Source of the DNA: Chlorokybus atmophyticus | Taxonomy: Eukaryota; Plantae; Mesostigma and Chlorokybus algae | Assembly (NCBI GenBank): GCA_009103225.1 | Contig: RHPI01000140.1 | Span: 150,057 to 214,056 of the forward strand | Length of the DNA stretch: 64,000 nucleotides | Reading direction: 5' to 3' | Position numbers and translations under genes: made by a program | Part shown: positions 26,209 through 40,049 of the stretch, in pieces | How the letters are laid out: every line of letters begins with the position of its first letter | How positions within the stretch are numbered: the stretch's first letter is position 1 | The notes under the pieces: generated by a model | Seen by the model: the letters and a program-made list of their open reading frames with translations, nothing else | Databases searched by the model: none | What the model was told of the DNA's origin: nothing

Positions 26209-27651
26209 TTGTATAATAACATCTTACTCAACCTTCATTTACAGTACGCGCGGAATCTCGCCAAGCACACACTGAGCTCATTAACTCGAAAAAGCCATTT
26301 CAGTACGAAACAAGTATGCGCATAGCGAAGGCCGCATCATGATGAAGGCGGTTCGTTGGAGCTGATAACGATGCAGCACTTTATGTGACATGCGTGATTG
26401 CCCTTAATCTTTCATTAAATATCAAGCACAATTAGCAGCCAACAAAATGTTTTTGAGAAGTTAAAACTCGCTTGTGTTTGTAGAGGTTAATACGGCAATT
26501 AGGTCCAAAGTTGTATGTAATCATCTGGCAACCAACCGCGGCCTTGCATTCTACTTATGTGACTCCTATATATGCTCATTAAGATTTATGCGAAGCATTG
26601 AAATGTTTGTTCGAGTAAGGCATGTAATCAAGATGGCGCTCATTGGATTAGCACTATTAACATTTTCCACCTTCAAGCCTCTTAGGAGGTCTGCACCATC
26701 TATTACTCATGAAGTGTGTTTGATGTTGCACTGTGCTTGGTGCTGCATGCACAAAAAAGCCATCTCATTTAAGTTAAATGCATCCAATCGGATGAAGAGT
26801 TGCTGTTGGTAGCCGACGCGACGGCACTAATTTTAGACAAACAATGTTCAGGTAGCGTCGCGTCGGTCTGTCAGTTGAAATATGAGTTACATGGTGTAAC
26901 CTTTTACCACAATCATACTTTCACACGCGTTGTCATTTCACGCAACCGTAACATTAAATTTGCTCATTTAAAGCTAAACAATTTGCCTTTTTACCCCAAC
27001 ATTTCCTTGAGGCCAATCAATTATGCAGCAACCGTCAACCCCATTGTTTCAAAATGAGAGTGTTCCACTAGGTCACATCAGCAAAAGGCGCTATTGATTG
27101 AGGATTTCATATGGATTGCAGCTACAATCGTAACACATACCAAGTTTCTAAAAGTGTCTTTAAAGAGTTTGCAACATAAACAGCCCAAGTTCATCACGTG
27201 CGGTTGCTTAAGCCATGTTGTCAATTTAATCGTCACAAAGTAAACACCGGCAATCATAGGCTAATAATCAAGGGCCGCAATGGTTATCCAGTATCCTAAC
27301 GATGCATCAAGCCGCACGCTGTACTCGATTAAGCAACTGCCATCGTACGTTGCACGTTGTTGGCAGGAGACATATGTGTTATACATGTTGAATGCATGTC
27401 ACAGATTAATCATGATATGGAGTTATCATGCAAGACACGGTTTTTAATAATTGCAACTATTGCACTCTACAAGCCTGTCCGCCAACAACTATAAAAGCTA
27501 GCTTGCAATCAATGCATTACATCTTTTGTTCCTGACCATGAGGGTATTTGCAATACCGTGCGCTTACGCACGGAGCACATCAAGGCCAACTTGCAGGATG
27601 ACTCTTGCTGTCCATTGTTAAGCAGCTCATGTTTTTCATGTGGATGTAAAG

Positions 27652-27740
27652 TGTCACGATTTGGGATAAATTGTGACAGACCTCACTGATGGTAGCGTCT
27701 TTTGCTACCATAGCCTAGTGGTTGGAGCCCATATGTTTAA
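27652..27740 (+). mobile_element. 89-bp LTR-like repeat, decayed copy
   Basis: Colinear with 29759-29847 at about 80% identity by hand alignment; starts TGTCACG. Confidence 0.6.
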
Positions 27741-27927
27741 AAATTAGAAGTGAATGCTTGTGTGCTGGTACATGTGGAATATAACATGCTTACCAATGTG
27801 TTGCATGCATTGACTGAGTTGCAAAATACAAAACTTTGGGTATGGTGGTGACTCACCATCATCGGATGATGCCTAGGTATCATGGCCCATGGTTAAAGCA
27901 CACTCGGGGGGGGGGGGGGGGGGGGGG

Positions 27928-28161
27928 NNNNNNNNNNNNNNNNNNNNNNNNNNNNNNNNNNNNNNNNNNNNNNNNNNNNNNNNNNNNNNNNNNNNNNNNN
28001 NNNNNNNNNNNNNNNNNNNNNNNNNNNNNNNNNNNNNNNNNNNNNNNNNNNNNNNNNNNNNNNNNNNNNNNNNNNNNNNNNNNNNNNNNNNNNNNNNNNN
28101 NNNNNNNNNNNNNNNNNNNNNNNNNNNNNNNNNNNNNNNNNNNNNNNNNNNNNNNNNNNNN
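27928..28161. other. assembly gap bordered by poly-G
   Basis: N run with G homopolymers on both sides. Confidence 0.95.
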
Positions 28162-28337
28162 GGGGGGGGGGGGGGGGGTCTTGTGCTGAGCATCTTAGCA
28201 AGCGTGCAACAGGGACATTGCGATTGTCAGCAATATTGATCAACCCTTGCATTAGTTATGGACTCTTAGCTACATTTTAAGGACGGGTGGTACCTCTGTT
28301 ATGAACATTCGGTGGCACAACGTAGGGTGTAAACAGT

Positions 28338-29315
28338 TTGTTCTTGATTAACACTGGTGCAACACACAATTTTGTTAAAGCACAATGGGTTGTGCGCGAC
28401 AAGATAGCGTGTAAATCCTCAGCATTTTCAGCTGCCGGTGCCGGGGGTGCGTTGCCAGTAAAAGGGGAAATAATAATAAAGGTTAGAATTGGCACTGATC
28501 ATGCCACTCTTACTTTCATAGCAGTATCCATCAACATATCAGGTGTGATGTGGTATTAGGACAGGAATGGCAGGAAAATGTTAAAATGACATTGGACACT
28601 GGCGCACGCTTGTGCACAGTAAAGAAAGGTTGTAAGCCTTACGCACGGCGTGTAACATTGTTAATGAAAGAGTTGCATAGCTTGCAGCACAAGCAGCCAG
28701 ACCCTGCGCTACTCACTGCACTGCAAGTGAAATGTGCTTTGCGCAAAAACACATCGGCTTTGCTGGTACACGACTTTGTGCCGGGCAATGCAGAAGGTGT
28801 TGTAGACATTATTGACAAGCACCAAGATGTCTTCTTAGATGAGTTGCCAGGCTTATCTTCTGATCGAGGTGTCAGACACATAATACCATTCATTCCTAAT
28901 AGTGAGCTTCCGTCTCGGCATGTATGTAGGTTGAGCCCCAGAGAAAGGGGGGAACTGAAAACTCGAATCAGGAAGTAACTAGAAAAGGGATTGATTGAAC
29001 CGAGTTCTTCACCCTTTTGCGCGCCCATCTTGCTTGAGATGAAAAAAAATGGAAAGCTGCTCATATGTGTGGATTATCGTGTTCTGAACAGATATATGAT
29101 AAAAAATCGATACCCGTTGCCCGGATTGATGATGTGTTTGAAAAATTGTCGGCGAATGCGTACTTTACGCTGGACTTGACAAGTGGGTATCATCAGATCC
29201 GGATTCATCCTTCTGATGTTTACAAGACAGCATTACGAACACCTTTAGACCATTATCAATGCAAAATGTTACCTTTTGGATTGATTAATGCACCTGCACT
29301 GTTTCAGAAAGACGT
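28338..29315 (+). pseudogene. degenerate Ty3/gypsy pol fragment (aspartic protease plus N-terminal reverse transcriptase)
   Basis: FLINTGATHNFV (D[S/T]GA mutated); DVFLDELPGL..LSPRERGEL..LEKGLIEPSSSPFCAPILL..KNGKLLICVDYRVLN..KNRYPLP..TLDLTSGYHQIRI..KTALRTP..MLPFGLINAPALFQ. Contains stops and frameshifts and is cut off before the YxDD motif. Confidence 0.92.
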
Positions 29316-29432
29316 AGATTTAATCTTCTGCTTCGGCAGTTGCCCCTGGTAGCGGAGGTGAGGATGGCGTGGCTGGAGGTGGTGTTGGGGTAGGGGATTG
29401 AAGGGAGGAGCTAGCAGCCCCTCACCTTACGA

Positions 29433-29847
29433 TGGTATTAGAGCTTGACGTCTCAGGTTCAATTCCCGTAGGGGACCGAAGCAGATGCAAGGGCAAAGAT
29501 ACATTTGATTTGCGGCTTGCCCTAGGCTGGGCGCAGATTCGCAACCTGCACGCCAAGCCAAATTGACCTATGGCCGCGTGAGCGGTTGCGCCGCGATAGC
29601 AAGTCGCGGTGAGGATGGCCGCTGCAGTTCCGTCGGTTATGACTGTTCGTAGGCCGGATTCAAAAGGCCGCGTGTGGATTGGTCGTGGTACGGCTGTGAC
29701 CACGGTGATGTGGGCTCGTAAGTGCTTCATTGGATAACGAGGAACCCGTGGGGAGGAATGTCACGATTTTGGATATATTGTGACATACGTCAACAACGGT
29801 AGCGTATACTGCTACCATAGCCTAGTGGTCGGAGCCCTCTTGTTACA
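29433..29847 (+). mobile_element. PBS, short non-coding internal region, PPT and 89-bp LTR (TRIM-like; matching 5' LTR not seen)
   Basis: TGGTATTAGAGC at 29433-29444 (one mismatch to the iMet PBS TGGTATCAGAGC), purine tract ggggaggaa ending at 29758, then TGTCACG..TGTTACA at 29759-29847. Confidence 0.6.
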
Positions 29848-32004
29848 TGGAGGACTACACCTGCATGAGGTGCCGGTAGTCAAAGAAGTACACCGACGGT
29901 CAATTTGTCACTACAATTGATTAGATCACAAACTTCTTACGATTTATATAAAACATATGGCGGCAAAAGGGGCACGCAAACAAATAAGGCGCTTCGATCA
30001 CGAAGCTGATTACTGTGATAAGTGACATGGCAAGTTTAGCTTTTTGGTTGTTCACTCATAGCTTTACATCGCTTGCTCAAGTTGCATGTATACGTGCATA
30101 CGATTTTGCTCGACTGATCACTGATGATACGAGCAAAACCCTATGCATGTGTAGAATCAAACACCAATTGATAGCTGGCAGCTACTGATTGGCAATAATT
30201 CTAGTCAGCAACTATTGTTAAAATGCAAGTCGGCTGAGTTTTAGCGCTTTTGCCCGTGGCGCACAATGTTGCCATAAAGCGGATCCTCCCCCACTGGAAA
30301 TAACAAAAAGGGCGCGTTGTGCCAAATCTGGTGGATGTTGCAGGAACATACCGTCAACTCCGGCGCATGTTGGAGCTGCAAGGCATGGAGGAGGTTAACG
30401 GTTTGGCATGACATTTTTGCAACATGATTAGGGAATATTAAAATCTCAATGTATGGATTGTTCAGCGTGTCGTCTACATAAGGCGCAATGATGCATATTT
30501 TGCAATGGACACAATGATCTTTACTGTGGATGCCGTATGTCACATGAATCATCTATGTAGTATAGTAGTAATTGCTTAACAGAGTCTAGCACACGGGTGC
30601 ATCCCACAAGTAAACATGTCGATCGTAAAGGAAAACTGGCATGATGGCTTCATTTTTACGCTGAGTTAAGTCCAAATCATTATTAGGTCATAAATAACAT
30701 CATGCAATGTGGTCGCGCATCGGCAGAGGCTTTGCTACCGACATGACGCTGCAATAAACCATGTGTCATATGCTTGTGTGCTTGTATTGACACTGTGCAT
30801 ACGGTATGCACGTGAACTCATAATATGACTATTTTTGCGGAAGCTGATGCATAAGGAAAACAACCCGAACTTGGCTATCATTGCTCTTCGCCACGCAATA
30901 ACGTTTGCAAAAACGCCATACAGTAGGGCATACGTTCTCACGCGCTACGTATTCAGCCTAGCTACATCACTTTCATGGCAAGTGCATGGTTGGAAGACTA
31001 TGGCAACGAGTGCCCAGCACTGCGAAAGCTGGCACAGAGATCGTGAGCATCTACCCCCGGGGTGGATACTTAGAGAGCCACTCTACAGCTGGTCTGTAGC
31101 TGGAGAAAGGATTTGTGCCGCATGGTCCACTACCTAGTTAAAGCGCTAAGATGCTTTGTTATTATGACGAGTGGGCATGTTAGGCCATGTGTATTGTAAT
31201 TGTCGCATATCAACACGGTGCAGGCTTGACTACACCGCGGACATAGCATGAGTTGACTTTTTCAAGTACGTTTGTGGAGCACTTGCGAAACATGCCCAAT
31301 AGCACTAATGTTTAAATGATGCGCTTGATCCCTGAGCAATGATTTCATTCTCTAATTCAATGAGGTGGCATGGTTATGTCAATTAAGCTTCTGCTATTTG
31401 CAATGCATTAAATGACTTGGCTATCACACAAGGTATGCAGCAGACTTACAGATGCATTTTGCACATGTTGCCATACAGTGCTTTTTGTGCATAAGTCTTT
31501 TTGTGTGCATGAACAGACATTATAATTGCATTATAATTATAATATAATCTGATGTAATCACGCACAACATCGCATCGAGCACATTAACATATGCTTTAAG
31601 AAGACAAGCTCAAGAGAATTATTTGGCGCTCGTATTTTATGGTCCATAACATATACAACAGAATGTATTAATTATTATTTGATTAATGATGCCTCACACC
31701 CTCTCGCACATCAATTTACAGAGGGATCAATCATACTCACAAATCGGTTAAAAGTTGAATATCATAACTAAACTCGCGACTTATGATTAACAACATAAAA
31801 TGACATATATATAACTTGTATATATATCAGTCATAACTCATGACTTGTGACCAGGACTGCAGCTAGGGATTTGAAGCACAAGCCAATGTGGCATCTTTAT
31901 GTCACGCTTTACGTGACAACCAGCCAATTAGTGGCTAATTTGTTTGTATGGTAGCATTTTTGCTAGCCACCCGCGTGCTTATATGTGCTACTTGCACGGC
32001 GGTG

Positions 32005-32732
32005 CAGTGTGGCCGGTAGTTTAGCCGGCAGCGTCGGCAGTGCCGGCCCCGCCGGTCGGCCTAGTCCTGAAGGGGCAGCCGTGGCTTATCCCGTCAAGAC
32101 TTGGAATAAGCATCGGCCACTGTGTGGCCATTAAGGCTTAACCGTTAAGTAGCTTTTTCTTAGACTGTTGCGGGCCTATGAACAGCTTAGGGGCAAAGCC
32201 CTCAAAACGGCCAGTCCTTGCGTTGTCCGGGTCTGCGCTAGTGCAGCGCGGTCATCAGTGACCGGCGCTGAGTCGGCGTGGATATTGGTGTGATGGGTCC
32301 AGCGAGTCGGCATCGACCGACTGTTGGGATTTGCATAGACAGTGCCTGACAGGGTTATGACAGGCTGCCTTTGTCGACGCTGACGGCGGCAATTCAACAT
32401 GCTCCTCCTCAATGGATCCCAACTGATAGACGACACCCGCTTTGACGACCGCCGACAAAAGTGCTCGTAGTCTGGCGTGGTCACGCGGATCAGCACCGAC
32501 AAACCACACCGGTCCGCGCAGACTCGTGCACGGTCAGCAACAGCGGTCACCGTAGACTCTCGACGTCCAAAACCCCCACGTCGGCGCAGACCGGAATAGC
32601 CGGCCAGCGACCCGGACAACCCAAGGAAATGAGGCTTTGCCCCTCGGCTGTGAAGTGGCTCTAGGGCAAAACCTGTGAACGACCGGTACACGCCAAATTG
32701 TCAGCACGAGACTTGAAATACTGGCCACGGTG
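32005..32732. mobile_element. possible non-autonomous DNA transposon with imperfect terminal inverted repeats
   Basis: GC-rich island in AT-richer DNA. Left end cagtgtggccggtag versus reverse complement of right end caccgtggccagtat (11/15). No convincing TSD. Confidence 0.3.
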
Positions 32733-33226
32733 GCTGTCTACAGCCAGTAATTATGTGGCGCTTGTGACAACTACCGTACTCGTGGTAATCTCATAACTGT
32801 CATGAACTGGGTGCATTATGCGGCATTGCATGGGCACAATCTATGCCCATGCAAGGTGCATGATGCAACCCAACTTGCATGGAACCGTCAGATTGGAAGT
32901 CCCAACGGCTGCCAATGTGCGTCTCGAGCCGCGCTCACAGATCTCAGCCAATCCGATGAGCAGGCCAACGGGCCAAAACCTTGCCGCGAGCGTCAGATTC
33001 AAAATTTCAGCTGCTGATGCCCCGCCGCGCCTGTCCGTGGCTAGCCCGCAACGTGCGTCACTGCGCGCGCCGTTGAGGCGCCGATATCGACAACTGATGT
33101 TCTATCATCGGCATATAAGCAGTGTTTGAAATTTGCTCTGCAATTAGGGTTTTGCTGTGTTGTTCGCGGCGTGGGCGGCGGGATTGTGGTTGTCGTCGTC
33201 GTCGTCTTGTTGTTTTAGCAGTTGCC

Positions 33227-33904
<678 letters not shown>

Positions 33905-35278
33905 AACTGCGCTCTAATTGCCATACACAAGAAGCTGCCAAAGGGCAGCTGCTCAGCCCTGGCGGGGAGGGGACTATCTGTCCTCTGCCAATCCGCCCAC
34001 AAAATGGTGTTTCATTAAACACCACCCTTCTTCCCGGAAGCCTGTCAGCTGTACATTAACATCTCCACTCCCAGGCTTGTGCATATGTCTATTGAATGAG
34101 CGATAAATGCTAGCTGTTGTGCGTCATCTGTACTGGAGGTCACGCACATGGCATGCTGACATGCCATGTGCGCAGCTGCGCAGTCGTTTTGCTGCACTGC
34201 AGGATAAGTGTTCAACAGCTTGTTAGCATGGTTACAACGACTACAGCTTACTTAGCAACCTGCTGACATTGCATTTTTCTGCTGGTGCGTCGTCATTGTA
34301 TGGCTTTTCAAATGCAACATGCTGCATCTGCTAGCTCTGAGGTTATCTGTAAAGATACTTGTTAACTGCACTTTATTGTACTTTACCCAACAATGGCAAT
34401 TGCAGTCTGCTGCAAAATTGTTCAAGAGTTGGGTCGCAGTATACCACTTTCACTTTGACATTGGAGCTGTGGGCCGCAAGCATCAGGCGTTGTCCAAGTT
34501 ATGCTGCTACTGGCGCCAATGGTTCACTTCACCACAATCACCCAAGCTGTAATGAGCTTGATCAGGGCACTGCAGATTGGACAAATGCACCCACTATCGG
34601 CCATGCAGTTGTACCCTGTCAGGCATACACTGAGCAAGTGCGGCAGAATAAGCTAGCATAAAGCAGCAGCTCTGCTTGGCACAGATATTTACACTAAGCA
34701 CTTAGACCTCATAGCTGTTCAGCTCCAATGCTTCGCTTGTTTTGGGCGTGGCATTGCATAGGACAAGATTGAGAATGTATGGCACAGCCCATTTGATAAA
34801 TGCACTGCGCGCATTGAATCTTGATGATTCAGTCTTACTGACAGACCTTACAAACGGAGCATCCATCAGCAAAACCATTCAAGAGCAGAGTGAACCTTGC
34901 ATCTCATACTACAAGTTGTGAAAGATTCATGACATGAGATTCAGGTAGCGGATGATAAGATGCATGAAATGGAAGCATGCTATGGTACACGGCTGCAAAA
35001 CCAAATACACCTCTGCAATACCAGCTCACATACACATGTAGTCACTAGTTTTTTGGCCTGCAGTGCGCCAATTCTACAATAAACAGTAGAGACGAATCCA
35101 TCCCTATCGAAGAAGTAAACAATGTACAGGCCTAACAGGTCATCACAGCGCCAATGTGCGCATGGCCTGAGAGCACTGTTGGTGAGAAGTCAGGAGCATC
35201 AAATGCATGACGCAACGATCGGCAATCTTGGTGCGGGCAGTGCTGGTGCTGTTTGGGGAAAGGCTTTTACAATCCAGT

Positions 35279-37586
35279 CTACCGTTGTGTGCTGCATGAT
35301 GTTGAAGTTGGGTCCTTCTTGTAGTACACCACATCTCCGTGGTCATTGACATAATGATCCTCAGAGAAGCTCCTGACGAGAGGCTGGAGCAAGTGCAATG
35401 GCAGCGGACCGGAAGATGGCTTCGGCTCGCGGTAGTATTCACCCATAACTGTCTTGGCGCCCTTGGTCTGTAAACATCCAACACCCACATTCAACAATGG
35501 CTACTGATTGGACTTGCATTGTACACAACTGGAGCTATCACCTCAGCAGCGGCCCATAGTGCGCATGCAAGCTTACCGCATCGATCAAGTTGTAATGGGG
35601 GATCTGTGGGAAAATGTGATGGACCACATGCGTGCCAATGTCATGGTGGATGTTGTTGAAGAGGCCATAGTCGCGGTCAATGGTTGAAAGCCCACCGCGC
35701 AGATAGCTCCACTCCTCACCACGGTACCACGGGACTCTAGGCGTGTTGTCCTCCGGTCCGTGATGATGCAAGTAGGTAACGGCATCAAGCCATATGACGT
35801 TGATCTGTGCATGTGAGCGGGTCAGCAACAAATTTCTTTCATATCAGAAAGAGCTATGGGGTAGTGACCCACTTGCCACAACCAGTCTTGCTCGTTATTG
35901 ACAGCTTGCAATCTTGCAGCAAAGACACTCACCCAGTAGGGGACGATGTATGTCTTGAACAGCATGGCAGGTCCCTCCAGGAAGGCAAGAGCCGCCAAGA
36001 TAACCCCCATACCAATCACCCAGTTCCTGGACTCGATTATGTCATTGCGCTCGTTCTTGGCAAACAGCTTGCAGTGGGGGTCAAAGTGCGAGCCTGCCTG
36101 CTCAACGGAGCCAACAAACTGTACGTACAACAACGTACATCAGTCAGTGACTGACACTCAAGCCTAGCACTATCATGTATTGGTTTGGATGCTGTTGCAC
36201 AGCAGGCTTGCACATACCAGGTAGAAAAGAGATATACAAACAGTGACCAGGGGAGTGCCAGCCCTGGCCCACGCTTCCATGCCCTGATACTGTGACTTGG
36301 TGATCTGTTACAACAGCCCAACTTTAGCACTGGCAAGTTGCACTACAGTGGTGGCGATTCCACAGCACAAGTGTGACTTACCGGGGTCCATGACTCGTCG
36401 TTCTCCACGTGGCCATGGTTAGCATGGTGTGTGCGATGGCTAATTCGCCTGTGTATAACTTCGTCAGCGCAATGCTTGTCTAATAATGCTTGTGAGGCGT
36501 TGAAGGCTTTGATGATGGACTAAAGGCATTCGATGCAGTTCTTACCAGCCATGGAATGGTACAAGACTGGACGAGTGTGTCAGGTGCCCGACAAAGTTGT
36601 TTAATGCCTTGTTGTTGGAGAAGCTGCCATGGCCACTGCGTCCAAACCAGAGCTATCAGCATTCAACAAGTTACCAACGGCACAACAGTTTGCAAAGGCC
36701 TTATGCACATGAGTGGCGCAGCATCAGTAACTCACCAATCGTGTCCCACGACGAACAACGCCCAGAACATGGTGCCTTGCGCAATCCAGTACGCTGGCCA
36801 CACCCACCAGCTGTTGATGTAAGCGGCAGCAGCAGCAAGAGCACCTACATAGGCTACGTCGCGGAACATGTAAACCATAGACTTTGTTGTATCCTTCTGC
36901 CAGCATGCTTCGGGAATTGCTTTGCGCAAGTCTGTGAGGCCGAAGGGAGGAGCAGCGCCAGGGTCAAAACCTTCCGGCTCTTGAGAAACTTGTCTCAGCA
37001 CAATTGTGGCATAAGGTATGACTTGACGCAACCAACACAACGCATGAGATTGCACAGACAGCGGGAGAAACAGAAATGACCTTAAGACTGCCTCTAATGT
37101 GGCCTTCGGCATCAACAGGACAGCACGACAAAGTGCCAGTCGTGATATGTTTAACCAAAATTTTAGCACAAGACTACCTCAACTCCATTTGCACTCAAAC
37201 ATATCCCTCCCTTTCAAACGTACATTCAGCAGATATTTAGTGCTGTGAGGTTGAATGTCTATGCGACAATGCCATTGTGGTGCTGCACTGTGACAGCAAG
37301 CAGACATCCATCGCACCATGCACAAAGCTTAGCTACCTGCGAGGGGTTTTGAGCGTCAAACATAGAGTCGGTCTTCGTGCAATGGCACGGCTGGGGGCAC
37401 TGCAACCATGGCCACGGGCTTGCGCTGCAGGCGGCTGCTAAGGAGTCGTGCACCTCCATTGCAAGGGGACTTTCTGGGCCTCAACGCAGGCAGACCCCTT
37501 GATTGAGACAAAAGGCTGCTACTCCTGTGCCTCTGAGCAAACAGTGATGCCGACGACAGCCGCCCGTACTTTGTTGCCGCCGCCAT
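35279..37586 (-). CDS. FAD7: plastid-targeted omega-3 fatty acid desaturase (FAD7/8 type)
   Basis: S/R/A-rich transit peptide; FDPGAAPPF; [14 protein letters not shown]; [10 protein letters not shown]; [49 protein letters not shown] (all three His boxes). Confidence 0.93.
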
Positions 37587-38396
37587 GACAGTGGCAGTGT
37601 CACTTACACATCGCAGTGCCTACCCATTGTAGATAGCTTGAGCAGTTCAGTGCAGGCATGCGCACTGCGTTATGCCAGTGTTAAGATGCACCCGGGCAGC
37701 ATTTAGACACCTGTTTTTGCGTTAAGGTTCTCGCGCTACTAGCCGCCGCATGCTCAGCTGGACAAGGCGACGTGGCACACTTCATAGCTCGCTTTCTCCA
37801 TTAGCGCGCGTGCGCCCCCATTCGTCAAGCCTTCAATGACAGCAGCTTACAGTGCAGTTTAGCATCAACTGTTTACCCACAACGGCTGCGCACAGCTAGG
37901 CTTACCGTTCTGCCGGTTGTCAGCCGCAACCGGCCGAGCGCCTGTCGGCCGCAGAATGGTTGGTCTTTTTATTCCATGCAGTAAGTTGCTTTGTTTGCCT
38001 ACAAGTTCCACACACTATAAGTTGACCAAAGGCAGCTGGCACTTGACCGACTAGATAACGGCCTAAACGGCAAGTAAACTTGTGGAATGCATCGACGTTG
38101 CGAACATGTGCAGTTAATAAGTCAGTGCAAGTCGGAATCTGTGCATGCACTTCTTTGCCGGTCGACATAGTCTAAGCCGCGGCCTCGACCAAAGCGTTTA
38201 ACAGCCTGTTTATGTGAGCCGTGCCTCCCGTATGCGGTGCGCCGAATTAGAGCAGAACCATTGCAATGCGGCTACCCGGGCACCGGATTTGCTGCTGCTG
38301 GTGCTGCCAGCTGGCAGGTAGTCGGTGGCATGCTTGCCGGCGTCGTGGTAAATGTAGCCAGGGTGCAGGTCGTTTGGGTAGCGTGCAGCTCTAGCC

Positions 38397-40049
38397 ATGT
38401 TTGCGGTCGGGGCGAGACTGCGCTTGCGGAGTGCCGTGCGTGCGTCGCCCCCGACTGAGTACAAGCTGCAGGTGTTTCCCACGAGACGGCGGCCGTCGTC
38501 TGCGCCAGCACGAACACCTGACAGCTTTGCTACGCGAGCCATGCAAGAAGACAAAGTGGTGCACTTTGTAAGTTGGAATCAGTCATTTCATGGTTCTGGT
38601 ACATGCTAGTACTAAGGTTTACTGGCAACTATATCACTGTTAGCAGCCTGCTAGCCAGTAATCAGCATGCATGCAGCAAGAAGCACTTACAGTGAGGACC
38701 GCAAGTCAATGGCTGGATTTGAAGCAGCAGATCATGTTTCAAGCCTTCATTCACGTTTGCCTTGAAGCCAACATCATGTGACAGAGTTGTTCGTGCAGTT
38801 GCGCCATGGTGTGACGGAGATGAATGAGTACCTTGCCAACCTACCAGCTGAGCAACGTTACGGTAACCAGCATGTGGTTGTTCGGTTGGCCATGGATTGC
38901 CAAACTGGCATTACGACTGTTACTGGTCGCTTGGAGGCCTGCGTGCTTGTTGACTTGGGGCAGTTTTTGTGCACCTACAAGCCAACTCCTGCATTGGGTC
39001 ATTGACAACTGCATTAATGAACTACGTTTGATCTGTGCAGTGGTTGTGTTGGCCATACATTTGCGTGTACGAGTACTCAGGTGTTGATTGTGCGCACATG
39101 CAGGCATGGTGAAGTTTGAAGACCCTATGCTGTATGACACGCGGTTGACGCCAAGGGGTCATCAGCAGGTAAAGTTGAAGCACTATTTCGCAGGTGGCCA
39201 ATTCACGCCCTTGCGCCTGCCAATTGCAGCATAAAAATATGCATGCTGTCACAAACTGTACGCGGATACGCAGGCAGCGGCAGCAGCATTGCGCGTGGCA
39301 GGGCTTTCGCCTTCGGTTGAGCTCATCGTGTGCTCCCCCCTCACCCGAGCCCTTCGTACAATGCAGCTGGCTTGCAGCAGAAATGAAGCTCCAACGGTAC
39401 GCCATGTTGCTCACCCAAGGAGCTATCTCACAGACGCGTGGTGCATTACCAAAGAAGCAGATGCCAAACTTCAAGCGAGGTGCATGTGGACTGTTGGCAC
39501 AGCACCAGCACATCATGTGCATGTGCAGGTGGTGCTTCCGTTGGCTCGGGAGCGGTTGTACATGTCCAGTGATGTTGGGCGATCACCATCCAAGCTCGCT
39601 GCAGAATTCCCGGAGCTGGACTTCAGCGGATTGCCGGAGATGTGGTGGTATGTTGAGGGCACGATTGCGGGCACGCGTGGGGAGGGTGTTGTTGTGCCAG
39701 AGACGGAGGAGAACTTCCTGGAGCGGATGGAAGAGCTGCGTGAGTGGCTTGGAGGCAGACCAGAAAGAAGCTTGTTGGTAAGCCGCAGGTGCCTGGTATC
39801 GTCCAACCATGTTGCTTGATGGACATCTGTCACTGGCATGGTGGCCTTCCCAACCGTGTTGACCAGTTGAGTCACTCGCAGGTGGCTGCAAACTTGAGGT
39901 ATTGACGCAATGCTTTGTTTGCGCTACAGGTGGTGGCGCATTGGGGTGTATGTGAGGCGCTGACTGGGGATGATTATGCCAATTGCGAGTTGAATTCGTA
40001 CAAGTACTCGGAACTGCTGCTTCCGCAACAACGCATGGCGGTGCGCTAA
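38397..40049 (+). CDS. histidine phosphatase / phosphoglycerate-mutase-family protein, probably organellar
   Basis: VVHF|LRHG, D(T)RLTPRG, IVCSPLTRALRT, ARERL..SSDVG, PET..F.ER...L.EWL, LVVAHWG, ANCE. The N-terminus resembles a transit peptide. Confidence 0.88.

Noticed and set aside
26800-26950. YELHGVTFYHNH motif resembling a cysteine-peptidase His box
   Set aside because: Too short and degenerate to assign.
29446-29475. tRNA gene suggested by GGTTCAATTCC
   Set aside because: No D-arm or anticodon arm upstream and no full cloverleaf; it follows a PBS, so it is treated as part of a retroelement.
27647-29852. TSD (TAAAG/TGGAG) making 27652-29847 a single intact gypsy element
   Set aside because: Only 3 of 5 bases match, no PBS follows the first LTR copy, and a PBS lies internally; a nested or chimeric origin is equally likely.
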